64,000 nucleotides of DNA from contig CM082584.2 in the NCBI GenBank assembly GCA_040954595.2, positions 62,001 to 126,000 on the forward strand, given 5' to 3'. Numbering within the stretch: position 1 is the first letter of the stretch; every line of letters begins with the position of its first letter. The notes under the pieces were generated by a model. It was given only the letters and a program-made list of their open reading frames with translations, had not been told where the DNA came from and did not search any database. The translations under genes were made by a program, and so were the position numbers. Below are positions 1-10,357 of this stretch, piece by piece. The DNA is from Balanoglossus misakiensis. Lineage: Eukaryota > Animalia > Hemichordata.

Positions 1-92
1 TATAACACAAAGTACCAGGGTTCTCTCCCACAGGCCGACTTCTCGTACTGGCCGAGACCGACTTCTCATACTGGTTGACTTCTCAGGACACC
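1..92. mobile_element. right end of the 8-bp-TSD MITE with GAGAAGTCGGCCAGT subterminal repeats
   Basis: ggccgacttctc-type repeats ending ...gacttctcaggacacc, followed by atgtatag; same as 16903-17002. Shows the array continues left of the window. Confidence 0.75.
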
Positions 93-203
93 ATGTATAG
101 CTAGCTGTTGAACTCAAAAAATATGTAAAACTACAAGTGATGTAAACAACTTGTGGAACCATGTTCAAATCGAGACAAGAAGAAAAGGGATTTCAAGACT
201 TAC

Positions 204-2782
204 CTCCTTCAGCACTTTACTGCCCTGTAGCGCACTGTGTGACACTTGTAGTTGTGCATTCATAACCAGAAGGACGTGGCCGAACCTAACGAGTATGAAC
301 CTATCACAGAAAAAATTCAAAGAACGATTTTTTCCACCATGGTTTGGTCCAACGATCCCTTATTAGAGAGATGTCCGTAATCACAGGTTTTACTGTACAA
401 TACCTCTTCAGTGGAATCATTGTGTTTTTCAAAGTGCATCACAATATCAACTCCAATAAGCATAACAGTTTAATTTTCTGTGTATGCCATGCTATAACAC
501 AGGGAAGTCACAAGAGTGATTTGCAGCCCAACTTACCAGTAACTGTTGAACAATCCACTACGGGTGACATGGTTGGACACTTGGATACCACTGGACAAGG
601 CGTGCATGTGCCGTCGCCTTCCATAGCATATTCACCATTGCCACAGTCGAGCGGATCTTACATTGGATCTGAACACGATTGTCCAGAAGGGCACAGAAGA
701 CAGGATGTGCGTGCAGGCTCCTCACTTATTTCATCTGATTAAAGAAAATGAGGTTTTTAGTGATGTATTTGTGATACAGTGTCATTTAAAATAACAAATT
801 ACTTGAGATGATTCACTTCATAATTCTGAGACAAGTATACAGGCATGTAGAAAATTCTTTGGAGGACATTAAACGTCATTTCTAATCAACCATTTTCTGA
901 ATATCATAAGACTCTGCGAGATCTCACATGGCTAACCGGGTCTCGCAAGATCTCGCACTGAGTTGATAATCTGTTGTAAACACATACATGCATACACACA
1001 TACCCCTCAGTTTCATCACACAGCAAACTGAACAAGTACCACAATCTTACCATTTGTACATCTGGTACAGTTTGTTGCACCAGCCAATGACACGTAACCC
1101 TTGGTACACTTGAATTGCGATGCACTGGGATCTATGCAGGCGTACCCTTGCTCACAAATAGTACAATGTTCAGCACCAGCTGATCTGTAAATCAAACAGA
1201 GAATTTACACACCAAGTTAACCTTTGAATACCACTGTAAAAATTTGGTGCAAATTTTAATTATTTTCATAAATAGAGGTCTATTCAAATTTGGAAAAATT
1301 GTCATTTTTTCATTCATATATTATATCAGTAAATTTTAAATACAGAAATAGAAAATGATCCCATCCTATTTTTCAGTTAGTAAATTACCTGACCTAATGT
1401 TTGATGTTGGAAATAAAGGTGGGTGGGTAGAAGTTTACCTGTTATGCAAGAGGTACAGCGAGACATCCTTTGTCCAAGGCCGAACTGTAATAACCAGCCG
1501 AGCATAAAATCACAGTGTTACCATTTGGACATTGGTTACCAGCTGGGCAATCAGCACATGATGTTTGTGCTGAAAATAAACAGAGATTTATAGAATCTTA
1601 TAGTCACAGTCATACCTTCAAAGACGTGGGATTCTCACGCGGGTTGGGGAGACAAAAATCCCTGGCAAAAGATTGAGGACAGGAAAATGCCAATCCAGAG
1701 ATATTGGTAACAGAAACTGTGTACAGTCAATGCCATACGGCAGTGTGCTGTTCTAACAACAGACAAGATCGTGACGATCATAGTCTGTGTCGGAGATTTG
1801 GAAAAGAGCAAATTTGGTGAAAAGACGGGACAAAACAAAAGTCTACTTATACGATGCACATGAAAACTGGATGAAAGCGAAGCAGTCCACTATTTGAATG
1901 CATTGGATGTAAAATTGGCAGAATATTTGGACTGGACGTAATGTTTGTACGCACAGAATTACGTACATGCACATAAGATGATCGTCCGCCTTAAAGGCAC
2001 GTAAGCTGCAACTGGATAAAAAAATTAAAGTTTTAAATAATCTCATATATGCTTTTAATTATGTCTATTAAATGATATTTCATGATAATATATCAAGCTC
2101 AACACTTATTTATGACACAATGGCCAAAAATTAAAGAAAAAACGAAAATTCCTGCAATTTTAAAAAAAGTGCAATATTGCAATGAAAAATGGAAATCTGA
2201 TGTCTCAGTGGTGTACATTTACTTCCATGAGCTCAAGTGGATGAGATCATGTTTTGTTTATGAAGTTTCACAACCGGAAATGCAACATTTTCATTGTTTC
2301 TTGCATTTTCCCAGGGTGGCGGCCATAATCGCTTGCGGCAAAGCTTTATTATTTATCTGGTTAAAACTTGCATATGCACTCATATTTAGGGTTTATAATG
2401 CTTGTGTATAGTTCACTGCCTTCATCTGCATGGACTAATGGTAGTGCAGTTTTAAACAAAAATTATGAAAATTATCCCAAAAGTTACAGCTTACGTGCCT
2501 TTAAGTGAAAGATTACACAGTAATGCCCAAACTTTAAGTGCTGACTCACCATCTATATTAGTGTAGTATCCATCTTCACACACCTCTGGCTCCGACATAC
2601 CATCATATTGGCACTTATACCCGGGGCAGGACAAGGCGTACAGTCTATACTTCCATTGTTGGCAAAATATCCCAGTCCGCATTGTGATGGTGATGAGAGG
2701 CTGGCTGTTCCACACATGAAACCCCTGGACACAGCGTGCATGCTTCAGAACATGCTGAACTTTAACTTCCAGCTCCGCAGTC
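204..2782 (-). pseudogene. fragment of a GCC2/GCC3 (ephrin-receptor-like Cys-rich repeat) gene; 5 exons: 2550-2782, 1439-1569, 1051-1184, 537-734, 204-300
   Basis: Each exon is bounded by AG/GT on the minus strand. Manual translations: DCGAGS*SSACSEACTLCP/FMCGTASLSSPSQCGLGYFANNGSIDCTPCPA/GYKCQYDG..CEDGYY; QTSCADCPAGNQCPNGNTVILCSAGYYS; SAGAEHCTICEQGYACIDP..CTKGYVSLAGATNCTRC; SCLLCPSGQSCSDPM*DPLDCGNGEYAMEGDGTCTPCP; PSGYECTTTSVTQCATGQ*SAEG. In-frame stops and frameshifts are present. Confidence 0.85.
1995..2500. mobile_element. non-autonomous Kolobok-type DNA transposon (MITE A)
   Basis: TTAA|AGGCACGTAAGCTGCAACT ... AGTTACAGCTTACGTGCCT|TTAA: 19-bp TIR (1 mismatch), TTAA TSD and purine-purine 5' ends, as in Kolobok. 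Confidence 0.85.
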
Positions 2783-2848
2783 CTGTAGGAGTGAAGACGT
2801 CAAATATTAAGGAGGTTTAGGAGCCCTCTAGCCAGCAAACTTCATCAA

Positions 2849-3266
2849 GGATGTACGTGCAGAACATAAACCGGAAACACTGCGTGTCCGGTCTTTTTCC
2901 CATAGGATTACATTGATAATCGCCAGAAAACAAACTTCTACTATTGTCATTTTCACGAAATTTTACGCATAGCTCAGTCCAGCAAATATAAATTCATTGG
3001 TCAAATAAAATATAGGGGTCACCGCGCTCTTTTTTGAGATAAATTGCATTAAGAAATTTTGGCCATAGACAAACAAACCATTGGTGAAAAATGCTGAGTC
3101 AGCAGATTTCTTCTATTATCGACCAATTTCATGGCTCTGTATTTCAAAAACAAGCGCGGTGACCCCTATATTTTATTACGGATTTTCATTATACATACAA
3201 AAGAGAATAAAAAAATCCACAATTAAAAAAAATGACAATACTTTCCATTTTATTGAACGTACATCC
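2849..3266. mobile_element. non-autonomous Kolobok-type DNA transposon (MITE B)
   Basis: tcaa|GGATGTACGT ... ACGTACATCC|ttaa (10-bp TIR; TTAA TSD with one change on the left). Internal ~25-bp inverted repeat aataaaatataggggtcaccgcgct (~3004-3028) / agcgcggtgacccctatattttatt (~3153-3177). Confidence 0.7.
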
Positions 3267-3749
3267 TTAATGTTACTTAGGTAGTGGAGCACCAAAACCC
3301 AAATTTTCATATCGATTGTGTATTTTGTGATAAAAGCACCAAACTTGGCTCAGATGTGTGTTAATGTGTACTGAACAAATTCAGATAGCGAGTCACTAAA
3401 TATCTGTTGAAGAGTTTCCATGGCAACCAATTTTTTTTCAAAATGGCCGCAAATACAGATAATCACACCTGTTAAACATCAAAATAAATTCAGATTACAA
3501 TATTTGAAACAAGAAACTACGGAAAGAATGGTTTGCAATAGAACTATGGTTATTAAACTACAAATGTACTTATAAGGGTAACTAAGGGATCAAAATACAG
3601 GTGCAACTTTCAATCCCTGGTACTCGCATTAGTATAGGTGCTCCCCCTAGTCAAACATTACGGCTAGTTGCGATATTTAACTTGAAGTACGTAAATTACA
3701 CACACACGAATCGCAACAGTTAGCGAGTCACTAAATATCTATTGAAGAG

Positions 3750-5745
3750 TGACTATGCAGTATTCAAGATCCACCCTTTCCACAATACGTGTGAACTTCT
3801 ACTCTCTACATGGAATGTCTGCTCAGCTAGATGCAAATCATTAGACATTGCAGACTACATCACAGATAAAGAAATTGATATTCTTGTACTCACTGAAACA
3901 TGGTTGAAGGAATCTGGTGACGAACACGTAATGGCTGAATGTACACCACCAGGCTATGCTGTCAAACATCTACCTGGGGTTGGCAAGATCGGTGGAGGCT
4001 TAGCTTAAATTCATAAGCTAGCACTAAAATAAACAGCTTGGAAGCCTATTCTCTCTGTTAAATCTTTTGAGGCAGCGGAAGCAACTATTCTTCACCAGAA
4101 ACTTTCCATGAAAATAATTCTTGTCTACCGTCCACCACCATCAGTTAATAATAAATTCACCGCACCACAGTTCATGGAAGAGTTCAGTACAACACTTGAG
4201 AAGTATGTCACCTGCTCAAGTAATCTCTTCATCGTAGGAGATTTCAATATTTACCTAGAAGATGATAAGAATCCAGTAACACAGAAATTCAATGGAATCA
4301 TCAGCGCCTGTAATCTGAAACAATGGGTCCAACAACCAACACACAGAAAGGGTCATACTCTTGATCTCATCTTATCTAACTCTGCGTCTAACATCAAGAG
4401 TGTCTCTGTAGACTGCTTGGAACTCTCTGATCACAATCCTGTCAATGCAAAACTTGCTCTTCCGAAACCAACACACAGTAGACGTCAAATATCTTATCGT
4501 CGTATCTGCCATTTCAATTGATAGTTTCAGCCATGATCTCGACAAAATACATCAAATGTCCTAGCCTCCAAATGACCTCTCCTCAGCCATATCAGCTTAT
4601 AACCAACCCGTCAGTCTCCATCTAAAACACGTGTACTTGATCTCATCCCTACAGCACTTGATAAGCAATGTCTTGGTAATCTGCTCACTATCATAGCCAC
4701 AATTATCAATTTGTCACTCAAAATTGGAACTGTTCCTGAATAACTTAAAATAGCAGTCATCACACCAATATACTCAAGAAACCTTCGCTCGACAAAAACA
4801 TTTTCAAGAACTATAGACCAGTTTCAAACCTAACCTTCCTGTCAAAAGTAATCGGGAAGATTGTAGCACAACAACTGACATCATATTTGACTACCAACTC
4901 ACTACAAGAACCACTGCAGTCAGCGTACCGAAAGGATCACAGTACTAAAGTCAACAACGATATTTGTATGGCACTGGATGCCGGTAAATGTGTACTCATG
5001 GTTCTCCTCGATCTCTCCTCTGTGTTTGATACCATAGATCACGACACAATCATCTCAAGGTTATCAAAACTGGGCATCACCAACATCGCACTACAATGGT
5101 TCTCATCATATCTTAAGAACAGACAGCAGTTTGTATGGCACAATGTCAGAACCTCAATATCTACAATATGGAGTACCACACGGTTCAGTGCTTGGCCCAC
5201 TTTTGTTCTGCAGCTACATCCAACCACTTGCTCAACTTATTTGTCACCACAACATCAATTTTCACCAATATGCCGATGACAACCAACTATACCAATATTT
5301 CTTCCAGTTAGACACCATAAGTACATTAGACAAGATGGAAAGGGCAGTTCACGAAATAAAAACCTGGATGACACATAATAAACTTCAACTAAATGGTGGC
5401 AAACCCGAGGTACTCCTGATAAGGTCTCAGTTCAACCGCTCGCCTCGTCCCATAAACCGCATGAGCATTGGATCATGTTGTGTTCAAATTGTGAATTCTG
5501 CACGGAATATAGGTGTGACATTCGACGACAATTACACTTTCAATAAGCACATTAATGCAATTTGCAAGTCAATTTTCTTCCATCTGCGTCAAATCAGCCA
5601 CATTCGCCGTTACCTCACTAAGGAAGTTTGCCAGATGCTGGTTCATGCTCTAATCACATCAAAACTGGACTACTGCAATGCAATACTCTGTGGTTTACCA
5701 TCATCATGCATTCAACCGCTACAGCATGCCCTGAATTCTGCAGCC
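3750..5745 (+). mobile_element. degenerate CR1/L2-group LINE ORF2 (APE endonuclease + reverse transcriptase), truncated and internally deleted
   Basis: EN motifs TWNV.S, DILVLTETWL, GGGLA, YRPP, GDFN, PTHRKGHTLDLI, SDH; RT motifs [62 protein letters not shown]. Broken by stops and frameshifts. Confidence 0.93.
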
Positions 5746-6263
5746 ACCATGGCCTCCTTCACAAAAACCTCACCAGACCCCATAATGCCTCCATCTCTTA
5801 CACCACACCATATACCCACCACAAATCCTAGCCATCACCCAACCTATCATAGCCCAAACAATCCAAACCCAATCAAAATTGACCCTAGCCCCACTTATCA
5901 AGCCATCAATGCTCAACGGCAACCCAAATAACACTTAACTTAAAGATTGGCATAAATCCAAACTCATACCACTGCGACCCCAAATATACAACACAAAGAC
6001 TCAATCACGAACCAATACCTACCATTTGTAGCAAATACACGACCAAAGATTTGATCCCATCTATCATCCATATATCATCAGAAAGTTGGGACGATGAGCA
6101 ATGGGGCAGAGACTGATCATCAAAAATTTGAGACAGGGAATTCCAACAAATGAGATCATTAAGTTAAATATGCAAAGCAAATCAGAAAAGAGAATCAGAA
6201 GATTTTCTCCGAAGGACACCTTGCAAATTCATGATTGGAAAGACACTGCAGTCACATGTATAT

Positions 6264-7441
6264 TGTAGTGTCCAAACACTAGTGAGCATCTATACTTTAT
6301 ATATTCTGTAAAATGACGTAATGCAACATTCGGGTCATTATGAATAAAGTGCGTGAACGAGGCTAGGCACTCTCACTCTTACATGCCGGACTTGGTGTCT
6401 CGTGTTGTCATTATTGCCCACCAACGATTCTATATTTGGCGACGAGGACGGAGAACATGGAGAATCAGCTAGCCGTCAATGTCGAGTTTTCCTGTTCATT
6501 CAGACCCGACAACCACCAGTACGAGATGGAAAAAGTACATGGCTAGAGTAGAAAACGCATTTGTCGCATTCAACATTACAGATGACAAGCGACAACGTGC
6601 ACTGCTATTGCACTGGGCAGGTGAGGAAGTTTCCAACTTCTTTGATACTCTACCAGATACAGGAACTAGCTGTGAAACAGCCAAATTAAAGCTTTCGTCA
6701 TACTTCTCACCTAAACGGAACATTGAATACGAACGATTTATCTTCAGAGACACCATACAAAACAACGGCGAATTGATTGATGCCTATCACACTTGTTTGC
6801 AACGCCTAGCAGAAACATATGTGACTTCACCAATAAGGATCAAGAGGTCAAATCACAAATCATACGAGGATTCACATCAGCCCGTCTCAGACGTCGTGCT
6901 CTTCGGGAGGAGACGACACTAGAGAATCTACTGAGTACAGCCTGTTCATTTGAGGTATCAGAGGTTCAGGCTAGTGAGATTGAGGAGAAAACCCAAAAAT
7001 ATGGTGCAGATACGGCATCTGTGAATGCGGTCAGAAAACAGCGCCACCAACGCCCGAAACCAAATAAACAAAAGAGAGCTCATCAGCAGCCAGCGAAAGG
7101 ACCGTCCACTTGTTATTATTGTGGTGGCACCTATCCACATGACTCAGTATGTCCAGCTAAAGGCAAGTCATGCAGGAAGTGTGGCAAACCTAACTATTTT
7201 GCCAAATGCTACCGATCAAAAGGCAAGGCAAATAGGGTAGACAAGGATGAAACTGTCAAAGCTGTGCATAAAGTGGAAGACAGCTCGGGAGATGAATACT
7301 GCTTCACTGTACAACAATCAAATGGCAGGAGGCCTCAAGTAACAGTGCAGACAGAACAAACAGCAGTTGCCTCACTGATCGACCCTGGTTCTACAATAAA
7401 CATGATGAGTGTAAACACATACAACAACCTAAAGAACAAAC
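6264..7441 (+). mobile_element. 5' part of a Ty3/Gypsy (Mag-like) LTR retrotransposon: LTR, PBS, frameshifted gag, start of protease
   Basis: ~171-bp LTR tgtag...ctata (6264-6434) containing AATAAA; PBS tggcgacgaggacgg at 6437; gag with W.KY..R.EN, RALLLHWAG, ERFIFR...Q..GE.ID.Y and two zinc knuckles CYYCGGTYPHDSVC-PAKGKS-CRKCGKPN(Y/H)FAKC; protease-like LIDPGST. No RT, integrase or 3' LTR. Confidence 0.9.
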
Positions 7442-8984
7442 CCATGTGGCAAACAGAAAGCCCGTTTTACCACTGTCAGCAGTGCATTATTGAGTATTTT
7501 AGCATCGCTGGATTTAGCTCTCGTCCAATCAGCATTGCGGACGGTAGCATGATATAATATAATTGAGAATAAATCTCGCGACAAGTGTACAGTTTGACAA
7601 TGTACACAGATAATCCGTTTCAACAATGTTTCCTTTGTAGTGTGAATAAAACTGCACACTTTGCAAGTTTTCAACTTCAAAACACTATGGCTATTACAGA
7701 GACAAAGCTGCTAATATACAGTGTATACCTGTCATTTTTGTTTGTGGTGAGATTTTCATTGGCACAGTCGCACAGAGCTCACACAAGAGGAAATTACACT
7801 TTCTGTTGAATTCACTGCATCCTGCTAACTTTAAGTCATATATCCAGTGAAACATTAAGTTATAGAATTTTCCATCGCAGTATTCTGTTTTATATACATG
7901 TATAGCAGTCCCACACATATTGATTAATTTGACAAAAGAAACTGACTGACAATTTTCACAGCGCTCCCAGTATAGCATCCTTGGCAGGTGCACGTCAATG
8001 CCCCACACGAGGTTAGGGTTGGCAAGTGCTGCCATTTTGACATGGGTTGTTAGCACTGATCAATTCCTACGCATGACAGAAAAATGAAGAATTAGGCTAT
8101 GGGCCGGACCTGCCTATCGTTTCAAAATGCACTCTGTATATTAAGGTTTATTTCTTTTACATAAAAACAAGTCTTCTTGCTCTAATATGATAAAAGAAAA
8201 AAAACTTCAACTTAAATATTGCGTCCTCAGAGGTAATATCGAGCCCTAAAAATCAGGTATGCTAATGCGGTTAAAGGTCGTGCAGTTCTCCTTATAACAA
8301 GCGATCTTATTGGTGGTTACGTGACTGCACCAATCACAGAATGCGTTATGTCACTCAGCAATTACACACGCAGGGCAAACTATCAGGCAGCTACATGTAT
8401 ACTAGTATACATGTTACAGAAGATTAAACAGAATTGTTGGTAAGGAAAGTTTGAGCAGACTAGTCCATTCAATGTAAAAAATGGTGCTGATTCCAAAAAA
8501 GTCAGTCTTATTGACCCCTTTCAAGACAAAATTGCCATTTTTGCAACTTTTAACCCAAAAGGTCATTTAAAAAACACTCAAAACACACTGTTTTCATCAC
8601 ATTCGGAGATCTGATGACATTTGAGGATTATGCGGAAACAGTGACACACCAGAATAAAAATTACAGGTGACATTTGCAAGCAGATATGATCTGACCATAT
8701 AGAAATATGGAATGTAAAAACATTAACAAGGAACATGCCCAATAAACTGTCATGTGTCATGGCAGTCTTACAAGTGGTGCTAGAAAAAAAAATGACCAAA
8801 AATTGTCTGTACAAACACATATGCGAAGCAACTTCTTTCAGTCAGCCCTGGAACAGACACACACTGACCTGCCACTGGTAATTAAAATTTGATAGCTGGT
8901 GGTCTCTGTAACAGCTGGCCTATTTAAGTTATGTAAACATGTCTTTGTTCGAGGTAACAACTCCTTGTAAATAGTAACTTTAAA

Positions 8985-9998
8985 AACAACTGGACAATTT
9001 GTTTAGGAGAAGATTTGCTAACCAAAAACTAAGAAACTTACCAAAAAAACTCGCTAAATATTTAATCTTTCTGATCTCAGAACTGAATAAAAGTTGCACA
9101 TATACAGGTATGTGTTATGAAATTATATCCTAAATTTCAAAGCAATCAGAGAAAAAACTAATTTCAAAGCAATCCAACAAGCAGTTTCACAGAAAATATT
9201 TGTTCAAAAGTGGCAAAAACACAAATATGCAAATATCACCAAAATTGTACAATATCTTACTTCAATCACTACAAGGAACATGCTGCCTAAGTTCAATGCA
9301 ATAGGACAAGCGGTTTCAGAGAAAACAATTTTTGACAAAAATTGCAAAATTTTCCCTGATAACACATTTATGCAAATATCTTTTTTTTTACAACATATTA
9401 TTTAGGTTACCCCTACGAACATGCCTACCAAATTGGAAAGCAATCTGGCATGAGGTTTTAAAGAAAAACATTTTTTGACCAAAAATGGCAAATATTGCTC
9501 AAAATTATAGATATGCAAATTTTGCAACAATTTGAACAAAACTATGGTTACTTAGACAACATTAGGAGGCTTCATACTAAATTTCAAAGACTTTTTACCA
9601 ATAACATGGAAAAATACAAAAAAATGCAAAAAAAATAGGAAATCGATAATATTAGCTCAAAACATACAGGATTGTATGAGGTTGATATAAGGTACATGCA
9701 TACCAATTTTCAAATCAATATGACCAGTGGTTGTCCAGTTTTTAAGTTTTGACCAATTTCACATTTTCCCAGCTAATTTGCATATTTTTGGCAATGACAT
9801 CTTCATTTGAACAAACTCCCATCTACAGCCCTGCCTGCATCTACACGCCAAATATCGAGGTCATACGCGCTGCGGTTTTCAAGTTTTCGATGTGGACGGA
9901 CATACAGACATACATCCATCCATCCATCCATACATACATACATACAGACGTAACCAATCCCATAAGGTCCCATGGTACATACCAATGGGACCTAAAAA
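8985..9998. mobile_element. pearl/HINE-like non-autonomous (Helentron-associated) element; left boundary approximate
   Basis: Several diverged ~130-150-bp internal repeats (aaatttcaaagcaat...tatgcaaat), then a (CATC)n(CATA)n microsatellite at ~9900-9945, then a terminal hairpin aggtcccat-ggtacatacca-atgggacct (9965-9993) and an A run. This layout matches pearl/DINE-1/HINE elements. Confidence 0.6.
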
Positions 9999-10330
9999 CT
10001 TGTGACTTACATGTAACACATGTTTGCCCAGTGTAGCAGGTTGGACAGTTGCAGGTGTAGATTGAGCAGGAGCCTTGAAGTGGCTGATACACTCCGTTAT
10101 TCAGACATGGGTTTAGAAGACACTGGTTGATCGCTAAGGGTGAGAGAAATGAAAAGTATCACATTAGGGTCTTACACACTTGAGTGGGAAGTGAAATCTG
10201 TAGCAGACTGTCAGAAGATTGCACATCCGTGTGATCATGTTCATGTGTGAAGGATAATGAAGACCACTTGATCCAAGCTTGGTGCTACCATCTTTATCAT
10301 AATTACAGCATCTTATAATATTTACTAGTT

Positions 10331-10357
10331 GGGGGTGGGGTGGGGTGGGGGTGGGGG
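10331..10357 (+). other. G-quadruplex-forming motif G5-T-G4-T-G4-T-G5-T-G5
   Basis: gggggtggggtggggtgggggtggggg, intronic; identical in all four copies. Confidence 0.7.

Noticed and set aside
344-742. 132-aa plus-strand ORF conserved in all four copies
   Set aside because: It is the antisense shadow of a GCC exon plus intron; conservation reflects recent duplication.
204-2782. Stop-codon reassignment or readthrough (TAA at conserved Tyr positions)
   Set aside because: The same exons also carry frameshifts, and TAC/TAT to TAA is a single substitution; ordinary pseudogenisation explains it.
3281-3647. MITE with ggagcacc / ggtgctcc termini
   Set aside because: Only an 8-bp inverted match and an ambiguous TSD; probably a repeat, but the boundaries cannot be supported.
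3742-7557. One composite active retroelement (EN-RT followed by gag-protease)
   Set aside because: The RT is LINE-type and the gag has its own LTR and PBS; both are truncated and frameshifted, so they are two unrelated relics.
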